A DNA stretch of 64,000 bases from Candidatus Eiseniibacteriota bacterium (GTDB taxonomy: Bacteria > Eisenbacteria > RBG-16-71-46 > CAIMUX01): positions 318,918 to 382,917 of the forward strand of contig CAWHYG010000005.1 in NCBI GenBank assembly GCA_963833505.1. The letters are read 5' to 3'. A program made the translations under genes and the position numbers. Below are positions 1-10,630 of the stretch, piece by piece. The stretch's first letter is position 1, and each line of letters begins with the position of its first letter. The notes beneath the pieces were generated by a model. It did not search any database, was not told the DNA's origin, and was given only the letters and a program-made list of their open reading frames with translations.

Positions 1-2099
1 TATGCACCCGGAAACGGACCGGAACCTCGGCCGACAGGGTGGCCGGAACCAACTGACAGCATGGTACCCATATCGGGCCTTCCCTGAGCGTTCCCTGGCC
101 GCTCAGACACTTCATTGTCGTCATGTTCTTCACCGTCACCTGGTAGCATCCGGCGTCAAATTCGGTGAACCCGGCGGGATAGTAGAAGGTGATCGGTATG
201 GTCGCGCACTGATAAGCCCCCACATAGACCGTGCCGGCGTACTGCGAGAACACGGTGGGACCGTCGACCGTGCAAGGGGAGCCACCCGGACTCTTGGGCA
301 GCCCGGCGATGGTCCAATTATAGGTCACCGGCTGGAAGGTGTCGTTGCAGATCCGGAACGCCCCGTCGGCCGGCGCGTTGGGCAGGTTCCCGAACCACCC
401 TGCGTCGTTCGTGACGATGGGCGGCACGTAGACATACTCCCGGCACGGATCGCAGGGATGGCCATAGAGAGCGGCCACCTCGGAGTTGCTCAGACAGCAC
501 TTGTAGATTTGCAGCTCGTCCACCGCGCCGTCAAAGGAAGTACCGGGATTGAAGGCCGGGCACTGCTCTCCGACCTGGAACAGCCCCCAGTTGGTCAGAT
601 CGCCTTCCATCGAAGTACCGGTGTACTGGGCGTACTGGCCGTTGACCCAGACATTCAAGGTGTCCAACCCCCCAATCCCTCCGCGGCACGCCGTCACACC
701 GACGTGGCACCACTGGTTTACGGGAACGGTCAGATTCTTCGAATCGTACTGCTGGTAAAGGTTACAGCCACCCTGTTTTAGCTGAACGTATAGCTTGCCG
801 TTCTCCATGAAAAGCCAGTAGCCCGCCCAAGAACTGGTCCCATTGGGACACCAAAACATCAGGCTCGACCTGTGATCCACCAGGGTACGAACACCGAATT
901 GGGTGAAGCTGTTCATCTTGACCCAGGCAAAGATGGAGAAGCTGCCCGCGCCGAAATCCTCCTGGGGATAATCGGGCTCCGAAAGATAGCGCGGGGGGCT
1001 CGAAGCGCTCAGATCGGCCGCCCCACGGCCGCACTGGTCCTGGGTCCACCTGTATTGTGGCGGACTGCCTGCGAAGGTCAGTTCGTAACCCGATCCCGCC
1101 ACATCGGCCGCCGTCGGCGAGTTGGCGCCGTCGTCAAACGGGAACCAGGAGCTGAGGCACGGTTTGAGGGGATTGCAGTACGGAGTGTCCTCGCAGAGCG
1201 AGTTGCCAAAAGCGAAGTAGGCACTGTCCTGCTGGCAGAAGGCCGAGTCGACCACCACCGGGTACTGGCCTCCGATGCTGCCGAGAGCACGCTCGATCCA
1301 GTCCGGCCGCGTGGTCTCATTGATCGTGTAATTGCCGAATGGGATCGAACTGAAGTGGAAATTGCCGTTGTTGTCGGTCGTGGTCGTCGCAGAATAGCCG
1401 AAGGGACCGTTCAGGTTCATGGTCCAGCCGGAGAGACCGTAGTCGCTGCCGTCTCGTAGCCCATCGCAGTTCTCGTCGCTGAACTTGTTTCCGACGATCC
1501 GTCCGCAACCTTTGGGGTGGATGATGGCGTCCGTCACGAAGATGCCGTCTTCGGGTTGATAGGGGAAATTCCCAATCTGCGTAACGCTGAAGTTGTTCTT
1601 TGCCGTCCCGACCCAATGGACGTCATAGACCGGACCGTTCGGGAACGTCTCGCTGGTGACAATCAAGTCCCCCCGGTCATCGATGGGGGGGTTGTAGAAC
1701 TGTTTGCCTCCTGCCACCAGAACGGTGCCGGTGCCCCCTTGTATCGGACTTGTGAAGTTCGCTCCGTAGAACCCTTGCAGTGGATTGCTCGGATCAAGGT
1801 CGGAAGGAACAAAGCTCACTTCTTCCGCTTCCGGAATGACGAGATCTACACCATTGCTCTGGAGCGTTGTAGGCACCCCGCTGGTGCCAATTGCGCGCAA
1901 CTTGCCGCTTCCTTCTGAGGACACAATGACCTGGCCGTTGAAATTGCCACCCCAGTCCCCGGATGGAACCATATCCATTCCTTCCGCTTTTTCATGTCCG
2001 ATGTTACCCACTAGTGTAGCCTGTCCCTTGTAATTCACCCGGTAGATGTCTCCTGACTGGGTACTGACGAGCAGGTCATTTCCGAATGCTCCTCCTAGT

Positions 2100-3936
2100 C
2101 CCTGATCAAGCGCGGTTTTTCGCATAGAGAAGCGAGAAAAGGCTCGAAATGCCCGCCCTTTGCGGCTAAGAAGGTTGTGAAAGCAATACTTCTCACCACG
2201 CCAAGGAGGGCATTTCAAGTGAGTCAGAGCAAACAACATCGGGAGAGGAATTGCAAGCGGAGAATAGCTCACCGCAACCGGAGGCGGAACTACTCCGACC
2301 AGCCGGCTCCTATGTTCAAGGCCCGCAACATCCAATACGAGGGAAGCGACCGGAATCACGGCCTGGCGGTGGGCGGCATCGGCGCCATGCACCTGCTCGC
2401 GCGTCGGACGGGGCTGGTCGAAGCCATCGACGCTGATCTGCATCTTCTGAAAGCGCACGTTCCCTACCACGAGTCGGATCACGTCCTGAACATCGCGTAC
2501 AACATCCTTCTGGGCGGGACGTGTCTGGAGGATATCGAGCTCCGTCGAAACGACGAAGTCTACCTGAACGCGCTCGGTGCGGTGACGATTCCAGACCCCA
2601 CGACCGAGGGGGACTTCTGCCGACGCTTCGAGGAGCAGGATCTCGAGATCCTCATGACGGTTGTCAATCGCACCAGGCTCCGGGTCTGGCGTCAGCAGGC
2701 GGACGTTTTCTTTGACGAGGCCATTATTGAGGCGGACGGGACGATGGCCCCGACCGGCGGTGAACGTAAAGAAGGAATGGACATCGCCTACAACGGGGTC
2801 TGGGGCTATCACCCGTTGATCGTGTCGCTGGCGAACACGGCGGAGCCTCTGTATCTGGTGAACCGGAGTGGCAGCCGGCCCTCGCATGAAGGGGCCAGCG
2901 CTCGATTCGATCAGGCGATCAACCTGTGTCGCGAAGCGGGCTTTCGCCGGATCCTTCTCCGGGGAGACACCGACTTCAGCCAGACGAAGCACCTGGATCG
3001 GTGGAGCGAAGAGGGGGTGCGGTTTCTCTTCGGCATGGATGCGACATCGGCTCTCGTGAGTCTGGCCGAAACCCTGCCGGCGTGGCGCTGGGGTCGCCTG
3101 AACCGCCCGCCGAAGTACCGGCTCCGGACGAGGCCCCGAACCCGTCCTCCGCGGGTCAAGGAGCAGATCGTCCGCGAGCGGGAGTTCGAGAACATTCGGC
3201 TGCGCTCGGAAGACGTCGCGTGCTTCCCCTATCAACCCGCGGCCTGCACCAGGGCCTACCGGATCGTGGCCGTGCGGAAGAACCTCACGGTCGAGAAAGG
3301 CGATCTGGCACTCTTCGACGACGTGCGGTACTTCTTCTACATCACCAACGACTGGGCGACGTCGCCCGATCAACTGGTCTTTCTGGCCAACGATCGATGT
3401 GACCAGGAGAATCTGATCGAGCAACTCAAGAACGGTGTCAAAGCCCTGCGGATGCCGGTCGACAATCTGAACAGCAACTGGGCGTACATGATCATGGCCA
3501 CCCTGGCTTGGACCCTGAAGGCATGGTTCGCCTTGCTGCTGCCGGAGACCGGCCGCTGGTCCGAGAAGTATCAAGACGAGAAGAGGCGACTGCTCCGCAT
3601 GGAGTTCAAGGGGTTCGTCAATGCGATCATCCAGACCCCGGTCCAGATCGTCCGCACGGGCCGGAGAATCGTCTACCGACTGCTGGCCTGGAATCCCTGG
3701 CAGCATGTACTTCTCCGGGCCGTGGATCGTCTACGTGTGATCCGCTGTTGAAGACAAAGTAGGGGAGGTGTGGGGCGGACACGTTGGCAGGAACATCGAT
3801 CGATCAAGAAGGAACCGCAAGCCGCGACACTCGAGAGAACCAGTTGGCTGAATCGAAGGCCTTACAGGAAACGAATGTCTCGTAAAGACAGATTTGATGC
3901 CCGGCTACCATCGCGCGCATACGCGCTTGTTTTGGG
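2100..3936 (+). mobile_element. IS1380-family insertion sequence
   Basis: Imperfect terminal IRs CCCTGATCAAGCGCG and CCCAAAACAAGCGCG (reverse complement of right end). Direct repeat CCTAGT at 2094-2099 and 3937-3942. Confidence 0.9.
2219..3751 (+). CDS. IS1380-family DDE transposase
   Basis: Motifs IEADGT, Y..GYHPL, LRGDTDF, RCDQENLIEQLKNG, NWAYMIMA.LAW typical of IS1380 transposases. GTG at 2219 follows AAGGAGG (ORF open from 2177). Confidence 0.9.
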   Translation: MSQSKQHRERNCKRRIAHRNRRRNYSDQPAPMFKARNIQYEGSDRNHGLAVGGIGAMHLLARRTGLVEAIDADLHLLKAHVPYHESDHVLNIAYNILLGGTCLEDIELRRNDEVYLNALGAVTIPDPTTEGDFCRRFEEQDLEILMTVVNRTRLRVWRQQADVFFDEAIIEADGTMAPTGGERKEGMDIAYNGVWGYHPLIVSLANTAEPLYLVNRSGSRPSHEGASARFDQAINLCREAGFRRILLRGDTDFSQTKHLDRWSEEGVRFLFGMDATSALVSLAETLPAWRWGRLNRPPKYRLRTRPRTRPPRVKEQIVREREFENIRLRSEDVACFPYQPAACTRAYRIVAVRKNLTVEKGDLALFDDVRYFFYITNDWATSPDQLVFLANDRCDQENLIEQLKNGVKALRMPVDNLNSNWAYMIMATLAWTLKAWFALLLPETGRWSEKYQDEKRRLLRMEFKGFVNAIIQTPVQIVRTGRRIVYRLLAWNPWQHVLLRAVDRLRVIRC

Positions 3937-4279
3937 CCTAGTGGGTCAAACATGACTCCGGTTACCTGGCCTACCGTCCGCGGCAACGAGGCAAACGGGC
4001 CGGTGCCGGGGGCGGGATTCGTGATTGATCCGGTTGACCGATCGATACGGTAGATGCTCGGTCCAAGCGAGGGATCCATGTATCCGACATAGATATCCCG
4101 GTCCGGCCAGCCTGCGATGCCAAAGGAGCTGGCAACCATGTGCTCCTCGACCGAGCCGGGGATATTGTAGTAATACTGGAGGAGCTGCACGGTGTTGCCC
4201 TGCAAGTCACATTGGAACAGGAAGTTGTTGCCGCTCTTGTAGGCCGAACCCACGAACCTGTCGCCCGCATAGCAAAACC

Positions 4280-5621
4280 GGCTCCTTTCCCGAAAGTGTG
4301 ATTACGGGAGCGGGAGGTCACCGCATCCATGCCAGATGGCTGTGACATAGGTGTCGACCGTGCGATAGCCGAAGGCCCGGTGGCTGACGACCTTGACCTT
4401 GTTGTTCATTCCCTCGAGCGCCCCGTTGGTCACACGGAGCCGAGCCCACGGCAGGATCCCAAACATGTGCTTGCGGACCATGCGGGCGAAGTGTTGAAAC
4501 GGTTGCAGCCGGCTGTGACTCGCCCACCAGAGCCAGTGTGCAAGGTAGCGCGCGGCCCAAACCGGACTCCGGTAGTCCCAGAAGCACTGGAAGGCTTCCT
4601 TCAGGTAGTAGGCCCGGACGATGGGTACGTTCTTCCGGCAGAGTGCCGACAGTCGCGTCTTTTCCTCGCGGTCGAGATTCCAAGGGTTCTTCAGCCAGAG
4701 CCAGCGTGTTTTCTTGAAGGCCCGCTTCTCCGCTCCCCGGAGCAGGCGCCAGCACTCCCTGCGCACGTCGTCCACCGCCCGGTTGAGATGTTGCACGATG
4801 TGGAAGCGGTCGAAGACGATGGTCGCCCGGGGCAGGGCTTGGCATACGGCCTCGACATAGGCTCCCCACATGTCGCAACAGACCACCGCGATCGAGCGGC
4901 CACGGCGCGGTCCCAACCAGGCGAGGAACCTCTTCATGGTCTCGCCGTCCCGGTTCTCCCCGATCCAGACCAGCGTGCCTCGCTCCAGGTCGTAGATCAA
5001 CGTCAGGTAGCGCTGCCCCTTGCTCCGCGAGACTTCGTCGATCCCAATCCAATGAAGAGGACGCCACCTCCGCCGCTTCAGTCCCCATGCCACCGCCGAT
5101 CGCACCGCCGCCGCCACGGCCTTCCAGTCGAGCCCGAAATGCGCGGCTGTTTCCTTCCAGGAAAGCTGCCGAGAGAGCTGGGCGATCACCCTCGAAAGTC
5201 CGTGGGTAATGCGCTGCCAGGGACCCGCCCAGATCAGGTGCTCGATCCGTGGACCACACGCCGGACAGAGCAACCGGACGGGAGCGTAGCGGAGCACGAG
5301 CTCCCGATCTCGGATCCGCAGGTCCCGCCACTCCCGCTCGCGGCGCCGGCTGTGGATCTTGCTCGTCTCCCGTGAGCAATGGCTGCACCTCAACCGCCGG
5401 TTCGGGATCCGTTCAATCACGGCCACCAGCCGGTTCTCCTCTTCGATCACCTCCCGGACGCGATGGGCTTTCAACCCCAGGCCCTTTCTGATACATGTCT
5501 CCAGGCGCATCGGCTCCTGCCCTCCTTCCGTAGATTGAGAACTCCACGAAAGGTAGCAGATCAAGCCGGTGCGCTATGTCCCCCAAACGGTTAGGCCAAT
5601 CACACTTTCAGGAGAGCACCC
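4280..5621 (-). mobile_element. ISL3-family insertion sequence
   Basis: 24-bp IRs GGCTCCTTTCCCGAAAGTGTGATT and GGGTGCTCTCCTGAAAGTGTGATT (20/24 identical). 8-bp TSD GCAAAACC at 4272-4279 and 5622-5629. Confidence 0.93.
4302..5510 (-). CDS. ISL3-family transposase
   Basis: Zinc finger CSHC..CPAC, IGIDE, CCDMW..Y, FDRFHIV, TNGALEGMNNKVK..AFGYR. ATG at 5510 after GGAGG. Confidence 0.93.
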   Translation of the reverse strand: MRLETCIRKGLGLKAHRVREVIEEENRLVAVIERIPNRRLRCSHCSRETSKIHSRRREREWRDLRIRDRELVLRYAPVRLLCPACGPRIEHLIWAGPWQRITHGLSRVIAQLSRQLSWKETAAHFGLDWKAVAAAVRSAVAWGLKRRRWRPLHWIGIDEVSRSKGQRYLTLIYDLERGTLVWIGENRDGETMKRFLAWLGPRRGRSIAVVCCDMWGAYVEAVCQALPRATIVFDRFHIVQHLNRAVDDVRRECWRLLRGAEKRAFKKTRWLWLKNPWNLDREEKTRLSALCRKNVPIVRAYYLKEAFQCFWDYRSPVWAARYLAHWLWWASHSRLQPFQHFARMVRKHMFGILPWARLRVTNGALEGMNNKVKVVSHRAFGYRTVDTYVTAIWHGCGDLPLP

Positions 5622-6248
5622 GCAAAACCCAATAGGCCCTCCGTCATTCAACAGCCCCGGGACCAGGTTTGGATCGGTGAATGTCTTCAGGGTGATGGGA
5701 CCTATGGTCGCTTCTGCCGGAAGAGAGTGCAGGAACAGTCCGACGCTGGCCAAGGCCAGGGCGGCGAGGTACGTGAAGGACAGTGGACGTTTCATTTCCT
5801 TCTACCTTTCCGGGGTGGACCGCCGGTGCTTGGGAACGGCGTTTCAGCAGGAGCCTCCCCATTGCCGATGAGCTCAATGTCCTCAAGGTCCCCCGCGCCC
5901 GGGCATGGCTGTCTTCTTCCGGGCCTCGGGGCATGGATCACCGATTGGGAATCGTGCGAGACAGCAGAATGCCCCGAATTATTTTCGAAGAGGGGAGCTC
6001 TCCGGGGAATGACCCTGAGATGTCGCGTCTTTACAATGATCGAGGCAGGCTACGCCCCCCGCATCTCCCGGAAGGGCTCGGCTCGTGGGCAGGGCGGGAG
6101 CGGTGACGGTGCAGAGGTTCACTCCCGTGCGTACCCCCCAATCCCGTATACTCCCCAGTTCCGCCGGCAGCCGCCCGGCCCCGGGTCCTGACGGATCCGC
6201 TGTCTCCGAGGGCCCCTGCCAGCCACCGTCATTCCACTGAGGTGACCC

Positions 6249-8504
6249 ATGACCGACTCCATCGGCCGCTACTCGGTAGTCCGCAAGCTGGGCGAAGGCG
6301 GCATGGGAATCGTCTACGCCGCCCGCGACGAGGCCCTGCAACGCCTCGTTGCGATCAAGGTCATCCGCGGGCCGGAAGACCCGCGAGGGCGCGAGCGCCT
6401 GGAACGCGAGGCCCGCCTCGCCGCCAGCGTCAACCATCCCAACGTCTGCCAGATCTACGAGGTCTCAAACCACCGGGACGACATCTTCATCGCCATGGAA
6501 ATGCTCGAGGGGGAATCGCTGGCAGTGAGAATTGCCTCCGGACCCATCCCACTTGATGAGACGATCGACATCGCCATTCAGATCCTCTCGGCGCTGGAGG
6601 CGCTCCACAGCCGTTCGATCGTTCATCGCGATCTCACGCCCGGGAATGTCTTTCTCACACCTCACGGAGTCAAACTGCTCGACTTCGGTCTGGCGCGATC
6701 GTCGGATCCCGGCCGCTCGGCAACCCGGACGGTGACGCAGGCCGGCACGATCGTGGGAACGCCCCGCTACATGCCGCCGGAACAATGCCGGGGCGAGGAG
6801 GTCGGGCCGAAGGGAGATCTCTTCTCCCTCGGCGTGATCCTCTTTGAAATGGTGACCGGACGCTCACTCTTCAGCGGAAAGTCGGTGGTCGACATCCTGC
6901 ACGCGGTCCTCAATGATCCGCCTCCACCGCTGGCCGGCGGGCCGGGGGTTCGAGCGCTGGACCTGGTCATCCAGCGAGCGGTCGAGAAGGCCCCGGAGAG
7001 ACGCTTTCCGGATGCGAAGAGCATGGCGGTCGCACTCAAGAACGTCCGCCCGCTGCTCGGTGGAGACGAATCTCCCCGCATTCGCTCGGTTCGGAGGCTG
7101 ATCGTCCTCCCATTTCGGATGCTCCGCCCCGACCCGGAGATCGACTTCCTTTCCTTCAGCCTTCCCGACGCCGTCACCCTCTCGCTTTCGGCGCTGGAAT
7201 CGCTGGTCGTGCGATCGAGCCACGCGGCCGCGGCCTTCGCCGGGCCGAATCCGGACATCCGGAAGATCGCCGAGGAGGCGGCGGTCGATCTCGTGCTCTG
7301 CGGCAACATCCTTCGATCCGCCGACACTCTCCGGGTGACGACCCAGCTCATCGAGGCGCCGGCCGGCACCTTGATCAGCTCCAAGGTGGTCCAGGCTTCC
7401 GTGACCGACATCTTCGAGCTTCAGGACCTGGTGACGCGCGAGATCGTGGAGGCGATGGCGATCCCGTTGACCCCGGGCGAACGCAGCGCCTGGCGCCGGG
7501 ACGCCCCCGCGAATCCCGCCGCCTACGAGCACTATCTCCGTGCCAATCAGCTCGCCCACAGCAACCGTCGTCTGGCGGACGCACGCGACCTCTATCTCGC
7601 CTGCCTTCGGGACGATCCCGGATTCGCCCCCGCCTGGGCCCGTCTGGGCCGCGTCTATCGCGTCATGGCGAAGTACGGCCATGGCGACAGCCAGGAGAAC
7701 TTCCGTCTGGCCGAGGAGGCGTTCCGGAAGGCGCTCGAGATCAACCCCGATCTGACCATGGCGCACAATTTATACACCTATCTGGAACTGGAAGAGCTGG
7801 GCCGCTCCCAGGAATCGCTTCTCCGCCTTCTGGAGCGCGTCCGCCAGGGAAGACAGGACGCGGAGCTCTATTCCGCGCTGGTGGTGGCGGCCCGGTTCGT
7901 GGGGTTGTACGAAGTCTCCCTCGCGGCCGACCGGCTGGCCCGCCGGCTGGATCCAGCGGTCCGAACCAGCGTGGCCCACACCTACTGGATGCTGGGAGAC
8001 TATGAACGGGCCATGCTGGCGGACGACGAGGACATGCGCTGGGTGTACAACTACTCGCTCCCCTTGATCGGCCGGGAGGCGGAGGCGGTTGTACGCTACC
8101 GGGATCTCGAGGAGGGCCGCCTCCCCGGGGTCGAGCGCTCCATCTCGACTGCCCTCCGAGCGGCCATCGAGGGCAAGCGAGAGGAGTGCGTGGCCGCAAC
8201 CCGCGAGGTGCTCGCCTCGAGATTCCACGACCCCGAAGGCCTCCTGCATGCGGCCCGGGCCCTGGCACACGCCAGCGCGGCCGATGACGCGCTCGACCTC
8301 CTGGCGCGGGTCGTAGGGGCCGGATTCTACTGCGGTCCGACCCTGATGCGGGATCCCTGGCTCGTTTCGGTCCGGAGTGATGCGCGGTTCACCCAGACTG
8401 TCCAGGCGGCGCTGGCCGGACAGCGGTCCGCGGCCGCGGCCTTTTCCCGGGCGGGCGGCGAGGCGATCTTGGGGGTGAGCGTCACGGATCCGGAAGGGGT
8501 TTGA
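6249..8504 (+). CDS. Cytoplasmic Hanks-type Ser/Thr kinase with TolB-N-like domain and TPR repeats
   Basis: GEGGMGIVY, VAIK, HRDLTPGN, DFGLAR, GTPRYMPPE; LIVLPF...DIFELQD (TolB-like); AYEHYLRA..DPGFAPAWARLG (TPR). No TM segment seen. Confidence 0.9.
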   Translation: MTDSIGRYSVVRKLGEGGMGIVYAARDEALQRLVAIKVIRGPEDPRGRERLEREARLAASVNHPNVCQIYEVSNHRDDIFIAMEMLEGESLAVRIASGPIPLDETIDIAIQILSALEALHSRSIVHRDLTPGNVFLTPHGVKLLDFGLARSSDPGRSATRTVTQAGTIVGTPRYMPPEQCRGEEVGPKGDLFSLGVILFEMVTGRSLFSGKSVVDILHAVLNDPPPPLAGGPGVRALDLVIQRAVEKAPERRFPDAKSMAVALKNVRPLLGGDESPRIRSVRRLIVLPFRMLRPDPEIDFLSFSLPDAVTLSLSALESLVVRSSHAAAAFAGPNPDIRKIAEEAAVDLVLCGNILRSADTLRVTTQLIEAPAGTLISSKVVQASVTDIFELQDLVTREIVEAMAIPLTPGERSAWRRDAPANPAAYEHYLRANQLAHSNRRLADARDLYLACLRDDPGFAPAWARLGRVYRVMAKYGHGDSQENFRLAEEAFRKALEINPDLTMAHNLYTYLELEELGRSQESLLRLLERVRQGRQDAELYSALVVAARFVGLYEVSLAADRLARRLDPAVRTSVAHTYWMLGDYERAMLADDEDMRWVYNYSLPLIGREAEAVVRYRDLEEGRLPGVERSISTALRAAIEGKREECVAATREVLASRFHDPEGLLHAARALAHASAADDALDLLARVVGAGFYCGPTLMRDPWLVSVRSDARFTQTVQAALAGQRSAAAAFSRAGGEAILGVSVTDPEGV

Positions 8505-8588
8505 GCCCACGGGATCGCGCTGCGCAGTTCGTGCCCAGGACCGCGAGGCTTTCGGCAACCAGACGTTGGTCTCACCCCGCACGTGACC

Positions 8589-10574
8589 TCAGGGATGGAT
8601 CATGATCGGGCGGTCCCGGAAGATCACCCGCCAGTCGAGAACCTCGTCGGCCATGAGCTGGGCGGTCGGGGCCACCAGGCCCGCGACCTGGCTCAGCCGA
8701 AGCGGATTCCGCTCGGGGTCGGCCGCCTCCCTCAGCTCCTTGATCTCGTGCAGGACATGCGCGAGTCGATCATGCATGGCCCGACATCGCTTGGACACGC
8801 GAGCGAACTCCCCCTGCTCATTGATCGCGGCGAGGGCCGCGCCCAACGCCGGCATGACGGCGCAGGCGACTGTGAGCCATCCTTCCCACCGGCCGGGAAG
8901 CGGTCGCGCGTGCAGGAGAACGGGTCGGAGATGGATCAGGATGCAGATCAAGATCGCGCCGACCAGGGCCAGCACGGTCACATCCAGGGTTTTCCGGATC
9001 CTCTCGTATCTCTCCAAGGTTCGGTGATGGAACGCGGCCTGCTCGCGCACGAGGCTCTCGAAATACCCCAGGCATTGATCCAGATGATTGTGATCGACCC
9101 TCGCCGTGGGGAGTCCGCACGCGCGCTCGACTGCGAGTTTGTGCCAGAACATCCAGGTCATGGAGGGATCGCCGTAGGCGCCGAGATAAGCCGGTTGCCG
9201 CGTCCGGGAGCGGGCGCCGCCCAGCGGGATCTGGAAGCGCATCTGACGGATCATTTCCGCCAGAGTCCGGTAGTCGATCCAGCCTGCATGCCAGCGCCGG
9301 ACGCGCGCCCAGATGAAGGCCAGCACGATTCCGAGCACCAGAACGAACTCACCTAGGTAGAAAATCGCGGGGCGGGGATCTCCCTCCCGGGGCCACCCGG
9401 CCGCTCCGGGAACCAGCACCAGGAAGACCGCCATCGCCGCCGCCAGATAGGCGTACACGAACGCGCTCCGGTAGGCGTCGGCGTGAAGGTCCGCGAGGCG
9501 GTCGGGCCAGGCGAAGTGCGCCCGAAGGCGCAGGTTCACCCAGCGGGCGATCGCCGGGATCTTGTCCGGCGGTTCGGTGGGCCAGCTTTCCCGAACCGTC
9601 TCCTCGATCGGCGGCACCCGGAGCGGCTGGATCGTGAGCTTCCCGGACCCGATGAGGTCCCGGAAGAACTTCCAGATGAACGCCAGATTCCACCCGGGCT
9701 TGTGCGCGCGCAGGTATCTCAAGTGAAGCCGGGTCTGCTCCCAGAGCCGTTTGGGGTCCGCGTGCTGTCCACGTTCGGGTGGCCACTCGATCATGCCGCG
9801 GACCACCTCCGCCAGTTCCGGACCCTTGGGTGCGCCGCTCGCATCCGGAGTCGCGCGTACCGCGGTCCGCAGGCTCGGAATCTCGTGGGTCGAGCGCAGA
9901 AGCCGCCAGGAATGAGGGCTCCACGCGTCGATCCAGACCACGGGCAGATGGGACCGCAGCGCCTCGTACATCGTTTCCACCGTGCCCCCGGAACCCTGGG
10001 CCTCGCCGCCGTCCCACACCACGATCAGCAGATCCGACTGGATCAGGACTACGCGGCCGGCCGCCCCGTAGGCCGCGCCGGCCTCTTCCCGACGACCGTC
10101 CAGCTCGAAGGTAACCAGTCCCGCTCCGGAACGGGCCTTCTCCAGGATCGCGCGAAACTCCCGGATGGATCCTTCCCCGCAGCATCGCAGGTCGGTGAAA
10201 TCCCTTTCGTACTCCTCCTTGGGAAAGGGCATAGGGCAGCAGAGGGCATAATCACGAGCCAGCGCCTCCTGCGCGAAGATCCGGTCCGTTCCTTCGGCCA
10301 GGGGAGAGATGGCTCGAAGCACCGGAGGATCTGGAGCGTAGTGTGGGCTGGCCTCTCCGTGGCAGGACTCCACCGTATCGTGCACGGTGGACAGCACCGA
10401 ACCGATGGTCGCGGCCAGCCTGCTGGGGTCGGCATGGAGAAGCCGGTTGGGCCGGTGTCCGACGATGCCCACGCGAAAGGCGAGGACCGGCGGTGGGGGC
10501 GTCGTCCAGACCCCAGGCTCGAGAGATTCCCGGACGGGCCTCACCGGAAGAACGGTCTGAGCGGCCTGGTGCAT
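8589..10574 (-). CDS. SLOG (YpsA-like) nucleotide-binding domain fused to two SLATT-like 2TM modules
   Basis: ATG at 10574 after GGGAGG. SLOG motifs VGIVGHRP, SPLAEGTD, SDLLIVVWDG..GSGGT. First TM pair followed by WHAGWIDYRTLAEMIR; second TM pair followed by PALGAALAAI..EF.R and EVLDWR. Confidence 0.8.
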   Translation of the reverse strand: MHQAAQTVLPVRPVRESLEPGVWTTPPPPVLAFRVGIVGHRPNRLLHADPSRLAATIGSVLSTVHDTVESCHGEASPHYAPDPPVLRAISPLAEGTDRIFAQEALARDYALCCPMPFPKEEYERDFTDLRCCGEGSIREFRAILEKARSGAGLVTFELDGRREEAGAAYGAAGRVVLIQSDLLIVVWDGGEAQGSGGTVETMYEALRSHLPVVWIDAWSPHSWRLLRSTHEIPSLRTAVRATPDASGAPKGPELAEVVRGMIEWPPERGQHADPKRLWEQTRLHLRYLRAHKPGWNLAFIWKFFRDLIGSGKLTIQPLRVPPIEETVRESWPTEPPDKIPAIARWVNLRLRAHFAWPDRLADLHADAYRSAFVYAYLAAAMAVFLVLVPGAAGWPREGDPRPAIFYLGEFVLVLGIVLAFIWARVRRWHAGWIDYRTLAEMIRQMRFQIPLGGARSRTRQPAYLGAYGDPSMTWMFWHKLAVERACGLPTARVDHNHLDQCLGYFESLVREQAAFHHRTLERYERIRKTLDVTVLALVGAILICILIHLRPVLLHARPLPGRWEGWLTVACAVMPALGAALAAINEQGEFARVSKRCRAMHDRLAHVLHEIKELREAADPERNPLRLSQVAGLVAPTAQLMADEVLDWRVIFRDRPIMIHP

Positions 10575-10630
10575 CGAAGAACCTCCCTGCCGTCGGCCCC
10601 GCCCGCCGATTGCCCGCTTCCGCAGGCCGG

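Larger units (their letters stand above)
1..5795 (-). pseudogene. Large secreted protein (signal peptide, propeller-like region, SdrD-B/Cna-B-like domain, LamG/ConA-like domain) interrupted by two IS elements; runs off the left edge
   Basis: Segments 5795-5622, 4271-3937 and 2093-1 join in frame once each IS and one TSD copy are removed (GGPIGFC|YAGDRFVGSAYK and GVMFDPLG|GAFGNDLL). Signal peptide MKRPLSFTYLAALALASVG. Motifs GNKFSDENCDG..GWTMNLNG..TTTDNNGNFHF (SdrD-B-like) and FSIFAWVK..WCHVGVT..FDGAVDELQIY (LamG-like). Confidence 0.85.

Noticed and set aside
2100-5621. Composite transposon formed by the two IS elements
   Set aside because: They belong to different families, each has its own TSD, and the DNA between them is part of the interrupted host gene.
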